Positions 19,569-28,533 of a stretch of 64,000 nucleotides of DNA are shown here, piece by piece. The notes beneath the pieces were generated by a model. It worked only from the letters and a program-made list of their open reading frames with translations. It was not told where the DNA came from and ran no database searches. The stretch is from the NCBI GenBank assembly GCA_041662665.1, contig JBAZSC010000001.1, positions 1,511 through 65,510 on the forward strand. Reading direction: 5' to 3'. Origin of the DNA: Patescibacteria group bacterium (GTDB lineage Bacteria; Patescibacteriota; JABMPQ01; JAQVVF01). Each line of letters starts with the position of its first letter. Position 1 is the stretch's first letter. The translations under genes and the position numbers were made by a program.

Positions 19569-20486
19569 TCAGTTCAAAGACCGATCAGAATTTGCTCTCA
19601 AATATCGCACAGGATCAAGGTCCATCTTCGGCAAATCTGGATCAACAAAAGGAACATCGGAATGAACATGAATAGAGCACAAAGATTCGTTAGTTCCATA
19701 GAATACTATTTCCATAAACATGCCTTCAATAAGATCTTCAAACTTGAAATCAACAGCATGGTCGTTGAAATATGGCCTAGCAATCTGGTACGAGCATACT
19801 TCAAATTTCATGAAATCAAGCAAATCGCCATTTGTTCCAGCAATCAGATATGCAGTGTTGCCTTCAATTCTGCAAATTTGTCCGGCATACCATGAATAAT
19901 ACTCTCGATCATATTTCATTTTTGGCGCCAAATGAGGACCTTTCCACCAATCGTCACAATGGATATTGATAGGAAAAACACACATTTCCCTTTGAGCTGC
20001 GAGCAATGCATACAGCATATTCTTTAGTGACAAGAATGTTTTTTCCTTCTTGATTTCTTCAGGAACAGTTTCAAAAATCTCGCGCGCCCAATCAAGCTGT
20101 GCTCGATGAAGCAACAATGTCATGACTTTTGTGTGCAAGATCATGAAGACAGATCTTTTCTTGTCAGAAAGACTCATATACTTTTCCCATTCAAGTTTTG
20201 CTTCCTTGATTCTGCCAAGTGTAATCAAGAAGCATACCAAGTAAGCCATGTACTCTGGATTTTTCGGTTCAACAAGAGTTGCCAGACGGTAATATCCCTC
20301 TGCCAATTCTCTATTAACAGCCAATCCATCAATGCAAAAAGCGTTCAAAAAACAAAATTCTGCATTTTTCGAAGTTTCGCGTTCAGGATCTTCCAGGAAA
20401 TACTCTTCAAGGAGTCTTCTCATTTCAAGAAAATTGTTTGTCGCCTGCAAAGTTCTACAATGAACGATCAGTTTGTCTCTTTCCAC
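19569..20486 (-). CDS. hypothetical protein with TPR-like N-terminal helical region
   Basis: 305 aa; helical-repeat-like N-half; no catalytic motif recognised. Confidence 0.45.
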   Translation of the reverse strand: MERDKLIVHCRTLQATNNFLEMRRLLEEYFLEDPERETSKNAEFCFLNAFCIDGLAVNRELAEGYYRLATLVEPKNPEYMAYLVCFLITLGRIKEAKLEWEKYMSLSDKKRSVFMILHTKVMTLLLHRAQLDWAREIFETVPEEIKKEKTFLSLKNMLYALLAAQREMCVFPINIHCDDWWKGPHLAPKMKYDREYYSWYAGQICRIEGNTAYLIAGTNGDLLDFMKFEVCSYQIARPYFNDHAVDFKFEDLIEGMFMEIVFYGTNESLCSIHVHSDVPFVDPDLPKMDLDPVRYLRANSDRSLN

Positions 20487-20527
20487 CTTTTCCTCCTTCT
20501 CCCTCGCTGTCTAATTCAAGACATAAA

Positions 20528-20555
20528 ATACTACCACAAACAAAAATATTGTCAA
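20528..20555 (-). promoter_or_regulatory. sigma70-like promoter TTGACA-N16-TAGTAT (copy 2)
   Basis: minus-strand ttgacaatatttttgtttgtggtagtat. Confidence 0.5.
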
Positions 20556-20707
20556 ATGTAAAACAACGAGAACAACAAAACAATAAAACATGAAAAATGT
20601 TGAGCAATGTAACAATTTAACAATTTAGCAATCTAACAACAAAGATTTTTCTTGCCTCAAATCAGCGGATATGCTATTCTTAAAGAGTAAAAAATTAATT
20701 TACGATT

Positions 20708-21346
20708 ATGAATATCCAATGGTATGGACAATCTTGTTTTAAAATTGTCAGCAAAGAATTAACAATTTTCACCGATCCTTATGATAAGGAAACAGGCTTA
20801 AGACCAGCTCGAACTCATGCTGATATTGTTACTGTTAGCCACAATCATCATGACCACAATAATGTCGCTGAATTAAAAGACAATCCTTTTGTTATCAATA
20901 CTCCTGGTGAATATGAGATCAAATCTGTCTTTGTCAAAGGCATCTCATCATTTCATGATGCAAAAAATGGTGCTGAACGTGGTGAAAACACAATTTACAC
21001 AATTACAGTAGAAGATATTACAATTTGCCATCTTGGTGATTTAGGAACAGAATTATCAGAAAAACAAATAGATCGAATTGGCGAGGTTGATATTCTTATG
21101 ATTCCAGTTGGCGAAAAATATACAATTTCAGTTGAGGAAGCAACAAAAATTATCAATCAAATTGAGCCAAGAGTAATTATGCCAATGCATTATGCCCTAC
21201 CTAGTCAGAAAACTGATATGTCAAAAGTAGACAAATTCTTAAAAGAAATGGGCGCAAAAAAACAAACTCTTGAAAAATACGTTATTAAAAAGAAAGATCT
21301 AGCTCCTGACCAATCAGACGTTATTGTCTTCAAAAATTTAGGATAA
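20708..21346 (+). CDS. MBL-fold metal-dependent hydrolase (UPF0173 type)
   Basis: 212 aa; VSHNHHDHN metallo-beta-lactamase motif; conserved downstream Asp/His. Confidence 0.75.
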   Translation: MNIQWYGQSCFKIVSKELTIFTDPYDKETGLRPARTHADIVTVSHNHHDHNNVAELKDNPFVINTPGEYEIKSVFVKGISSFHDAKNGAERGENTIYTITVEDITICHLGDLGTELSEKQIDRIGEVDILMIPVGEKYTISVEEATKIINQIEPRVIMPMHYALPSQKTDMSKVDKFLKEMGAKKQTLEKYVIKKKDLAPDQSDVIVFKNLG

Positions 21347-21354
21347 TTGCGAGT

Positions 21355-21440
21355 TAAATAAGTTAGACTAGTTAGATTTGTTAGACTAGTTAGACGATTC
21401 GTCGTAACCAATTTAACTTATCTAACAAGTCTAACAAAAA
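21355..21440. repeat. word-built inverted repeat (aagttagactagttagac ... gtctaacaa)
   Basis: arms complementary; same words at 18470-18510 and 47960-47995. Confidence 0.5.
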
Positions 21441-21446
21441 TTAATT

Positions 21447-21926
21447 ATGCTCGAAAATCGAACTGAATCAGAAAGAAAACGAATTTTCTGGATTCTATTA
21501 ATTGGCACAGGTTTAATTATTTTTTTTATTTGGTTAATCCTTTTAATAAAAGGCTTTGTTCTTGATTCTGTAAAATTAGCAGAAACAAAAAAACAGGATG
21601 CAGTTCAACAAAATACTAATTCATTCGGCGATCAATTTAAAGAAGCCATTAATGGTTTTAAAAAACTTGATGTTCAAGGCAAAATATTAAATATTAAAGA
21701 TGGCATAAAGAATTTAAATATCAATGAAAATATCGAAAATAATAATTTGAACCAAAACGAAGAACAAGCTTTGAATTCAAATGAAAATGTTAATCAAGAA
21801 CAAGTCCAAGTTAACGAACAAGAAAAAACAGAAGAGCCAGTTAGTCAGGAAAATCCAGAAAACTTAAATCAAGAAGAAAATTTAAATACACCATCAATAC
21901 CTCGTTTGCCAGTTGAAAACGAGTAA
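21447..21926 (+). CDS. membrane-anchored low-complexity (N/Q/E-rich) protein
   Basis: 159 aa; single N-terminal TM then N/E/Q-rich repeats. Confidence 0.4.
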   Translation: MLENRTESERKRIFWILLIGTGLIIFFIWLILLIKGFVLDSVKLAETKKQDAVQQNTNSFGDQFKEAINGFKKLDVQGKILNIKDGIKNLNINENIENNNLNQNEEQALNSNENVNQEQVQVNEQEKTEEPVSQENPENLNQEENLNTPSIPRLPVENE

Positions 21927-21929
21927 TAA

Positions 21930-21990
21930 GTAACAAGTAACTTGTAACAAGTAAACGTTTTTACTAATTACTAGTTACTTATTACTAATT
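21930..21990. repeat. word-built inverted repeat (gtaacaagtaac / gtaactagtaac family)
   Basis: taagtaacaagtaacttgtaacaagtaaac...ttactaattactagttacttattac; family recurs at 15290-15360, 29140-29190, 48125-48160, 50500-50545, 60760-60825. Confidence 0.5.
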
Positions 21991-22008
21991 AACTAATTAC
22001 TTACACAT

Positions 22009-24444
22009 ATGGAAATAGGTTTAATTAGAGATCGCAAAATTATCGACGAAATGCAGGAATCATATCTTGATTATGCAATGTCAGTTATCGTTTCACGTGC
22101 TTTGCCTGATGTTCGTGATGGTTTAAAACCAGTTCATCGCCGTATTTTATACGCGATGTGGGATATTGGTTTGCGTGCAAATGCAAAATTTAGAAAATCT
22201 GCGACAGTCGTCGGTGAAGTTTTGGGTAAATATCATCCTCATGGCGATACAGCTGTTTATGATTCCTTAGTTCGCTTGGCTCAAGAATTCTCAATGCGAG
22301 ATCCTCTTGTCAACGGTCAAGGTAACTTTGGTTCAGTTGATGGCGATTCAGCAGCTGCGATGCGTTATACAGAATGTAAATTAACAAAAATAGCTGAAGA
22401 AATGCTATTTGATATTGATAAAGAAACAGTAAATTTTATTGACAATTATGATGGCTCGCATAAAGAGCCTCAGATTTTGCCAGCCAAGTTACCAAATACT
22501 TTAATCAATGGCACAATGGGTATTGCAGTTGGCATGGCAACAAACATCCCTCCTCATAATTTAATTGAAATTGCTGATGCTATTAATTGTTTAATTGAAA
22601 ATAAAGATGCTGGAATTGAAGATTTGATGCAATTTGTCAAAGGTCCAGATTTTCCAACTGGCGGAGTAATCTTTAATAAAAAAGAAATTCTACAAGTTTA
22701 TGCAACAGGCAAAGGTGGAATCGTCATGCGAGGCGTTGCCGATATTGAAGAAACAAAAAAGGGCGCATTTAGAATCATAATTACTGCAATTCCTTATCAA
22801 GTTAATAAAGCAACATTAATTGAAAAAATTGCTGATCTAGTCAAGAACAAAAAAATTGATGGCATTAGAGATATTCGCGATGAATCTAATAAAGATGGAA
22901 TCAGAGTCGTTATCGAATTAAAAAAAGAAGCATTTCCAAAGAAAGTTTTAAACAGATTATATAGCCTTACACAATTACAGGAGAAATTTCATGTTAACAT
23001 GCTTGCTCTAGTTGATGGAATTAAGCCAATGGTTCTGAATTTAAAAATGATGCTTGAAGAATATATTAAGCATCGAGTCGAAATTGTAACAAGACGTGCT
23101 CAATATGATTTGCGAAAAGCAAAAGAACGAGAACACATTTTGGAAGGCTTAAGCACTGCATTAGATCATATTGATGAGATCATCAGAATAATCAAAAAAT
23201 CACCAAGCCGAGAAGTTGCTCACCAGAACTTAATGAAACGCTTCAAGTTCAGTGATCTGCAAACCGAAGCAATTCTTGAAATGAGATTATCGCAACTAGC
23301 TGCTTTGGAAAGAATCAAAATAGAAGATGAATTAAAAGAAAAAAGAAGAATAATCAAAGAATTGGAAGAATTATTAGGAAGCAGAAAAAAAATCTTAGGC
23401 GTTGTCAAAACAGAAGTTGCTGAATTGAAAGAAAAATATGGAACAGAAAGAAATACAAAAGTCATTGCCGGCGGTATGGAAGAATTCAAGCCAGAAGATT
23501 TAATTCCAAAAGAAGACATTGTTATTAGTCTAACTCGAGGCGGTTATATCAAGAGTTTGCCAGAAGCAACCTATCATGCGCAAAAGCGTGGCGGTAAAGG
23601 AGTTATGGGCATGGCAACTAAAGAAGAAGACGTCGTAGATCACTTCTTTATGACTGATACTCACGCTGATATCCTCTTCTTTACAAATTCAGGCAAGGTC
23701 TTTCAATTAAAGGCATATGAAATTCCAAAAGCAACAAGACAAGCCAAAGGCCAATCAATTGTGAACTTTTTACAATTATCATCAGAGGAAAAAGTAACAG
23801 CCTTAATTTCACTTGATAAGACAATAGTTGCAAAATACTTAGTCATGGTAACAAAGCAAGGCGTTATTAAAAAAGTAACTATCGAAGATTTCAATAATGT
23901 CAGACGTTCAGGATTAATAGCGATCAAGATTAAGCCAGGTGATGAACTAGAATGGGTTAAGCTCACAACTGGTTCTGATCAAGTCGTTCTTATCACTCAA
24001 AAAGGCCAATCAATCAGATTCAAAGAAAAAGATGTTCGTGCTATGGGTCGTACAGCTTCTGGTGTTCGCGGAATGAAATTAAAAAATGGCGATTTGATAG
24101 TCAGTATGGATGTCATTTCTGAAAAAGTTAATAAAGATCAAAAGATGTTCGTTATTACAGAAAAAGGTTACGGCAAAACAACAAAAGTCAGTGCCTACAA
24201 AATTCAAGGACGTGGCGGAAGCGGAGTCAAGACAGCAAAAATCACTTCCAAGAATGGACCAATTGTTGCTGCAGGAGCTATTGATCATACTATTGAAGAA
24301 TTAATTATTATCTCTTCAAAAGGCGCAGTCATCAGAATTTCTGCTGATGCAGTTCCAGAACATGGCCGAGCAACACAAGGCGTTCGCGTCATGCGCTTAG
24401 AGGCCGGCGACAAAGTTGCCAGCGTTGCGTATATAAAAGTTTAA
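22009..24444 (+). CDS. gyrA: DNA gyrase subunit A
   Basis: 811 aa; [34 protein letters not shown], catalytic Tyr region, C-terminal beta-pinwheel repeats. Confidence 0.93.
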   Translation: MEIGLIRDRKIIDEMQESYLDYAMSVIVSRALPDVRDGLKPVHRRILYAMWDIGLRANAKFRKSATVVGEVLGKYHPHGDTAVYDSLVRLAQEFSMRDPLVNGQGNFGSVDGDSAAAMRYTECKLTKIAEEMLFDIDKETVNFIDNYDGSHKEPQILPAKLPNTLINGTMGIAVGMATNIPPHNLIEIADAINCLIENKDAGIEDLMQFVKGPDFPTGGVIFNKKEILQVYATGKGGIVMRGVADIEETKKGAFRIIITAIPYQVNKATLIEKIADLVKNKKIDGIRDIRDESNKDGIRVVIELKKEAFPKKVLNRLYSLTQLQEKFHVNMLALVDGIKPMVLNLKMMLEEYIKHRVEIVTRRAQYDLRKAKEREHILEGLSTALDHIDEIIRIIKKSPSREVAHQNLMKRFKFSDLQTEAILEMRLSQLAALERIKIEDELKEKRRIIKELEELLGSRKKILGVVKTEVAELKEKYGTERNTKVIAGGMEEFKPEDLIPKEDIVISLTRGGYIKSLPEATYHAQKRGGKGVMGMATKEEDVVDHFFMTDTHADILFFTNSGKVFQLKAYEIPKATRQAKGQSIVNFLQLSSEEKVTALISLDKTIVAKYLVMVTKQGVIKKVTIEDFNNVRRSGLIAIKIKPGDELEWVKLTTGSDQVVLITQKGQSIRFKEKDVRAMGRTASGVRGMKLKNGDLIVSMDVISEKVNKDQKMFVITEKGYGKTTKVSAYKIQGRGGSGVKTAKITSKNGPIVAAGAIDHTIEELIIISSKGAVIRISADAVPEHGRATQGVRVMRLEAGDKVASVAYIKV

Positions 24445-24512
24445 AAAAGCGACAGAGGCTTCTACCCAACTTTTAGTTGGGGTTCGTATGGCTTTAGCCA
24501 TAGGCGACGTAG

Positions 24513-24543
24513 GGCGGAGTTTAAGAATCTCCGCCTTTTTTGT
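24513..24543 (+). terminator. rho-independent terminator after gyrA
   Basis: ggcggagtttaagaatctccgcc + tttttt; preceded by cccaacttttagttgggg and atggctttagccat hairpins. Confidence 0.65.
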
Positions 24544-24709
24544 CATAAAAAAACATCCATTAAGGATGTAGTAAAAAAGTTCAAACAATTGCTAGGACAT
24601 TGTCCAAAAAATCAAACTGATAAAAATCATCGCACCATGAAGAAAAAGGATTATCAGAACTAGCCTAGAAAACAAGATATCCTCCTCCCTTTACATCAAA
24701 AAAAATCAA

Positions 24710-25060
24710 TCAAGTAATCGGTACAGCCACAAACCACAAGCCTAGCCATGAAAATTCCGCTGAATCACCACCATAAAAATCAGTAAAATACCAATTGCCA
24801 TTTTTGGCTTTATATATGCCCGAATATGTTTGTCCAGCAAAATTCCCACCTCTGCATTCAGGTGCTGTAGCAGCAATTTTACACATTTCTTCAATTTCTT
24901 GACGATGGTTTGCTAAAAGAGCATTTAATTCTGCACTGCCCCCGCCTTTCAAACCTCTTTCTTTCATGAAATTATGATGACTATACTCTCCATGCTTTTG
25001 AGGATCAAGACGAAACAATGTCATATTTTCTATTTCCTTCGTTTCAACTATCCAATCCAT
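24710..25060 (-). CDS. hypothetical protein
   Basis: 116 aa; AAGGAGGAAACG RBS; slightly higher GC than surroundings. Confidence 0.4.
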   Translation of the reverse strand: MDWIVETKEIENMTLFRLDPQKHGEYSHHNFMKERGLKGGGSAELNALLANHRQEIEEMCKIAATAPECRGGNFAGQTYSGIYKAKNGNWYFTDFYGGDSAEFSWLGLWFVAVPIT

Positions 25061-25269
25061 TTTCGTTTCCTCCTTTTCGTTGCCAAGCTACACGTATTTT
25101 AAAGCACACAAATATTAAAGTCAAGATTAATATAAAATCCAAACAAAAAAGCGATTTTAAAAATATTGTTTTTTAGTATCTATTATTTCTCCTCCCTGTT
25201 TTTAAGGTACGAATTTGAAAATAAAGTTTACAATTATAAAAATAAAAAGTCATTCAATTAAATTTTTAT

Positions 25270-25296
25270 GTATAAAAAAAAGACCAAAAATGGTCT
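25270..25296 (-). terminator. rho-independent terminator
   Basis: minus strand agaccatttttggtct + tttttttt overlapping the stop of 25295..25654. Confidence 0.5.
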
Positions 25297-25654
25297 AATC
25301 AACAAGTGTGCGCGAAAAATCATAAATCAATTTTGAAAGATCATTTGGCTTTATGCCCCATAGCGCAGAGAATTCAAGAAATACTTTTTGCTGAGCAAGA
25401 CTATTTTCATTATACTTATTCAGCGAATAAATAACTTCTCTGCCTGAAAGAGGGTCATTTATGTTGCAGTCTCGAAGTACAACCAAGAGACCAGAACGCA
25501 TCTGAGAGAAAATCAAGACTGCTCTAAATCTAACATTGCGACAAACATCTGAAATATTCCAAACTTGCAGTGCGATAAGAATCGGATGAGAAGGATCCGA
25601 AGAATCCTTAATGCCAAATCCAATTCTCTCAAGATATGTGATTCTGCTTGGCAT
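25295..25654 (-). CDS. hypothetical protein
   Basis: 119 aa; GAAGGAGGCA RBS. Confidence 0.4.
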   Translation of the reverse strand: MPSRITYLERIGFGIKDSSDPSHPILIALQVWNISDVCRNVRFRAVLIFSQMRSGLLVVLRDCNINDPLSGREVIYSLNKYNENSLAQQKVFLEFSALWGIKPNDLSKLIYDFSRTLVD

Positions 25655-25774
25655 AACGTGCCTCCTTCTGCTTGCCTTGGCAAGCTATGCAATATAAGTT
25701 AACTGCAAAAAAAATTTTTTGTCAACAAAAAAGCACCCAATATGGGAGCTATGAATCAAAGAACGAAATCAATA

Positions 25775-25975
25775 TCATCTCCAATGAGCAATAGTTTTAT
25801 TAACATTTTTTCGGTAAGTTTCATATTCAGATTCAGTCAAATAAACTCCAAGCATTGCAACAAATATTCTTTTTTCGGTAGATGCATCATTCTGTTTTGA
25901 TTTTTGAGAATGTGATGGATGTGAATCACAGTGATCATATGGGCAATCAGAATAATCACAACTTCCTCCGCACAT
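25775..25975 (-). CDS. hypothetical small Cys/His-rich protein
   Basis: 66 aa; MCGGSCDYSDCPYDHCDSH; GAAGGAGGCA RBS identical in context to the neighbour. Confidence 0.35.
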   Translation of the reverse strand: MCGGSCDYSDCPYDHCDSHPSHSQKSKQNDASTEKRIFVAMLGVYLTESEYETYRKNVNKTIAHWR

Positions 25976-26131
25976 CTTTGCCTCCTTTCTTCTTCCTGAC
26001 CCAGTGTACTTTAAATTTTTTCAAGCTCATTAATTTTGACCTAAACCAAAATTACAACTAAAATCAAAAAAAGTCAACAAAAAAACGGCCCATGCCGATT
26101 ATGTTAAATTAAAATTTTTGACAAATAAAAA

Positions 26132-26214
26132 TGCCCAGGGAGGGACTCGAACCCTCAAGACCTTGCGGTCACAGGATTTTAAGTCCTGCGTGTATACCAT
26201 TCCACCACCTGGGC
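26132..26214 (-). tRNA. tRNA-Leu (anticodon TAA), long variable arm
   Basis: minus strand gcccaggtggtggaatgg...ctTAAaa...long variable stem...ggttcgagtcc...cctgggca. Confidence 0.85.
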
Positions 26215-26254
26215 GTATTCAAATTATAAATAACTAAATTATAAATGCAAAATT

Positions 26255-26311
26255 ATCGGCATCAGATCTGCGTTCGATCAGCGTTAGAAATCAGCGTCAT
26301 ATCAGCTTCTA
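26255..26311. repeat. 3'-end-associated direct repeat (GCTGAT-word element), copy overlapping trmL stop
   Basis: ...atcagcgtcatatcagcttcta; 22-bp core identical to 26826-26847; related copy at 44699-44745. Confidence 0.55.
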
Positions 26312-26766
26312 TTCATACTGATCTCGTAAGCCACAATCCCACATGCAACAGAAACATTCAAAGATTCTTTTTTACCTTTCATCGGAATCTCTATAAATTC
26401 ATCACAATATTTTAAAATATCTTTTGATAAACCTGTTACTTCATTGCCTAATACTAATGCAACTGGAAATTTGGGTTTATATTCAAAATAATTAATACTT
26501 TTTTTAGTTTGTTCAAGAGCTACTATATTATAACCACTTTCTTTAAGTTTTTTCAAGATCCGCCAAGTTATTTTAACACTTTCAAACGGTACAAACTTTT
26601 CAGCACCTAATGCAACCTTTGCAATTTTAGAATGAGGTGGTGCAGGTGTAATTCCGCATAAATAGATTTTGTCTATTCCTGCTCCATCAGCAGTTCTAAA
26701 TATAGATCCAACATTGAATCTACTTCTTACATTATCAAGAACTAAAATAAAACTGTCATTTTTCAT
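26302..26766 (-). CDS. trmL: SpoU-family tRNA (cytidine/uridine-2'-O)-methyltransferase (TrmL-like)
   Basis: 154 aa; SpoU motifs NVGSIFRTADGAG, LVLGNEVTGL, ESLNVSVACGIV. Confidence 0.8.
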   Translation of the reverse strand: MKNDSFILVLDNVRSRFNVGSIFRTADGAGIDKIYLCGITPAPPHSKIAKVALGAEKFVPFESVKITWRILKKLKESGYNIVALEQTKKSINYFEYKPKFPVALVLGNEVTGLSKDILKYCDEFIEIPMKGKKESLNVSVACGIVAYEISMNRS

Positions 26767-26800
26767 TCAAAATCTTTACAAAATTATAAGAAAAAATGCT

Positions 26801-26847
26801 AATCAGAGTCAAATCAGCGTTCGATATCAGCGTCATATCAGCTTCTA
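26801..26847. repeat. 3'-end-associated direct repeat, copy overlapping NUDIX stop codon
   Basis: aatcagagtcaaatcagcgttcgatatcagcgtcatatcagcttcta. Confidence 0.55.
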
Positions 26848-27276
26848 CATCTTCCATTTCAAAATTCCTCGCTTAATTAAATCTGGAAAAATCTTATTCT
26901 TAATAATTGGTGATAATTCATTCCTGTCACTTCCTTGAGTAAACCAGACAATTTCTTTAATTTCACTCGTCGGTCTTGCTTCGTGAGCTATATTTCCTTG
27001 GTATAATTTAATTCTAACAATTTTATTTTCTGATTCGTCATCAGAAGCAGCTTTATCAATATATGTTCCGATATAAGATGGGTCACCAACTATTTTATTA
27101 TCAGATCCGAGCTCTTCTTTAATTTCGCGTCTTAAACAAGTTATATCATCCTCGCCTGCTTCAATTTTACCTCCAGGCAAAATTAATTTAGAAGTATAAT
27201 CTTTCTTGCGACAAAATAAAATTTTATCATTAAGCACAACTAATAAACCTATTTTGTCGAAATCGATATTTTTCAT
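26845..27276 (-). CDS. NUDIX hydrolase
   Basis: 143 aa; Nudix box GGKIEAGEDDITCLRREIKEELG. Confidence 0.8.
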   Translation of the reverse strand: MKNIDFDKIGLLVVLNDKILFCRKKDYTSKLILPGGKIEAGEDDITCLRREIKEELGSDNKIVGDPSYIGTYIDKAASDDESENKIVRIKLYQGNIAHEARPTSEIKEIVWFTQGSDRNELSPIIKNKIFPDLIKRGILKWKM

Positions 27277-27305
27277 TTTTAATTTTGAATTTTTAATTCG
27301 AAATG

Positions 27306-27376
27306 AGGCCTGGACCGGATTTGAACCGATGTACGCAGTTTTGCAAACTGCTGCCTAGCCACTCGGCCACCAGGCC
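27306..27376 (-). tRNA. tRNA-Cys (anticodon GCA)
   Basis: minus strand ggcctggtggccgagtgg...ttGCAaa...ggttcaaatcc...ccaggcct (U73). Confidence 0.85.
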
Positions 27377-27396
27377 AGTATAAATTAAATAAAACA

Positions 27397-27468
27397 AGCG
27401 GGTGAGCGGAATCGAACCGCCGTATCGAACTTGGCAAGCTCGCATAATAGCCATTATATTACACCCGC
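27397..27468 (-). tRNA. tRNA-Gly (anticodon GCC), AT-rich D-arm
   Basis: minus strand gcgggtgtaatataatggctat...cgagc ttGCCaa gttcg...ggcggttcgattccgct cacccgc t; first 10 nt overlap the 3' end of the upstream CDS. Confidence 0.75.
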
Positions 27469-28130
27469 ATATTATTTATTTCTTTTGACATTAATTTAAT
27501 CCAAACAAGAACTTTTTCTTTTAAAAAATGACTGTCGTTAACTCTTATGAGACAAATTCCATTCATAAGCCTTGCTGTTGGATGTTTACCATAGATTGTG
27601 CTGCTTTTATCAAAATTTTTAATCGAAATCCCAGTTTTTGAACACCAATATTTTTTACATTCGAAGTCATCTAGATCTGGATATAAAACAAGAGATATAC
27701 GAATTTTTCCTAAATCAACATTACAAATTTTTATAAGAAAATTATAAAATAATTTAATCATTTCTGCATCTGTATTTGATAATCTAAGGGGATATTTCAA
27801 GACTCTATCACCTTCACCCCAATAGAGCATTAAACCAGCAACAAAAAGTAAATTATTTTTTAATACGTGAAATTGGTTTATGGCTTCAACTCTACATTTC
27901 TTAATCTTCGTTAATCTTAGAGCGCCTTGCCTCTTTCTTATAGTTTTAAGATTCTCAATAGAATCAATTTTAGCCTTGTTTATCAAAGATTTTTTAATCA
28001 CGTTTGACCAGCTACAATTTTTGAACCAATAGTGCATCGTGCTTTTTGGAATACCTAATTTATTACTTATTTCATTATAACTAGCACCCTTTTTTCTGAG
28101 TAAAATTGCAGAATGTTTATCATTCCTCAT
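27459..28130 (-). CDS. HTH-domain protein with LAGLIDADG-like motif (putative free-standing homing-endonuclease-like gene), paralog 1
   Basis: 223 aa; N-terminal HTH (GASYNEISNKLGIPKSTMHYWFK); VAGLMLYWGEGD motif; C-terminal ...INNMRV* encoded by atgcgggtgtaa = tRNA-Gly acceptor stem; paralog at 50894..51577. Confidence 0.5.
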   Translation of the reverse strand: MRNDKHSAILLRKKGASYNEISNKLGIPKSTMHYWFKNCSWSNVIKKSLINKAKIDSIENLKTIRKRQGALRLTKIKKCRVEAINQFHVLKNNLLFVAGLMLYWGEGDRVLKYPLRLSNTDAEMIKLFYNFLIKICNVDLGKIRISLVLYPDLDDFECKKYWCSKTGISIKNFDKSSTIYGKHPTARLMNGICLIRVNDSHFLKEKVLVWIKLMSKEINNMRV

Positions 28131-28197
28131 AAATTGAACTTATTAATGTATCAACATTATTATAGCATAATAGTTCAAAGTTGTTAAAGATCAAATT

Positions 28198-28269
28198 TGC
28201 CGAAGGGCAGAATCGGACTGCCGACACAACGGTTTTCAGCCGTTTGCTCTACCACTGAGCTACTTCGGC
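28198..28269 (-). tRNA. tRNA-Phe (anticodon GAA)
   Basis: minus strand gccgaagtagctcagtggtagagc...ctGAAaa...ggcagtccgattctgcc cttcggca. Confidence 0.85.
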
Positions 28270-28272
28270 TCA

Positions 28273-28345
28273 TGGGCGGTACTGGGCTCGAACCAATGAC
28301 CTACTCGGTGTAAACGAGTTGCTCTACCAACTGAGCTAACCGCCC
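28273..28345 (-). tRNA. tRNA-Val (anticodon TAC)
   Basis: minus strand gggcggttagctcagttggtagagc...ttTACac...ggttcgagccc...accgccca. Confidence 0.85.
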
Positions 28346-28436
28346 AATAATAACAAAATTATAAATCAAAAATTACTTTAGCGATTGTAATAGTTAGTAA
28401 TTTTGTTATTTATCATTTAGTTATTTATAATTATAT

Positions 28437-28521
28437 TGGTGCCGCGGGGGAGACTCGAACTCCCAAGCCTTACGGCACATGCACCTCAAGCATGCCTGTA
28501 TGCCAATTCCAGCACCGCGGC
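28437..28521 (-). tRNA. tRNA-Leu (anticodon GAG), long variable arm, CCA encoded
   Basis: minus strand gccgcggtgctggaattgg...ttGAGgt...gccgtaaggc...ggagttcgagtctccc ccgcggcacca. Confidence 0.85.
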
Positions 28522-28533
28522 TAGACAACAAAA

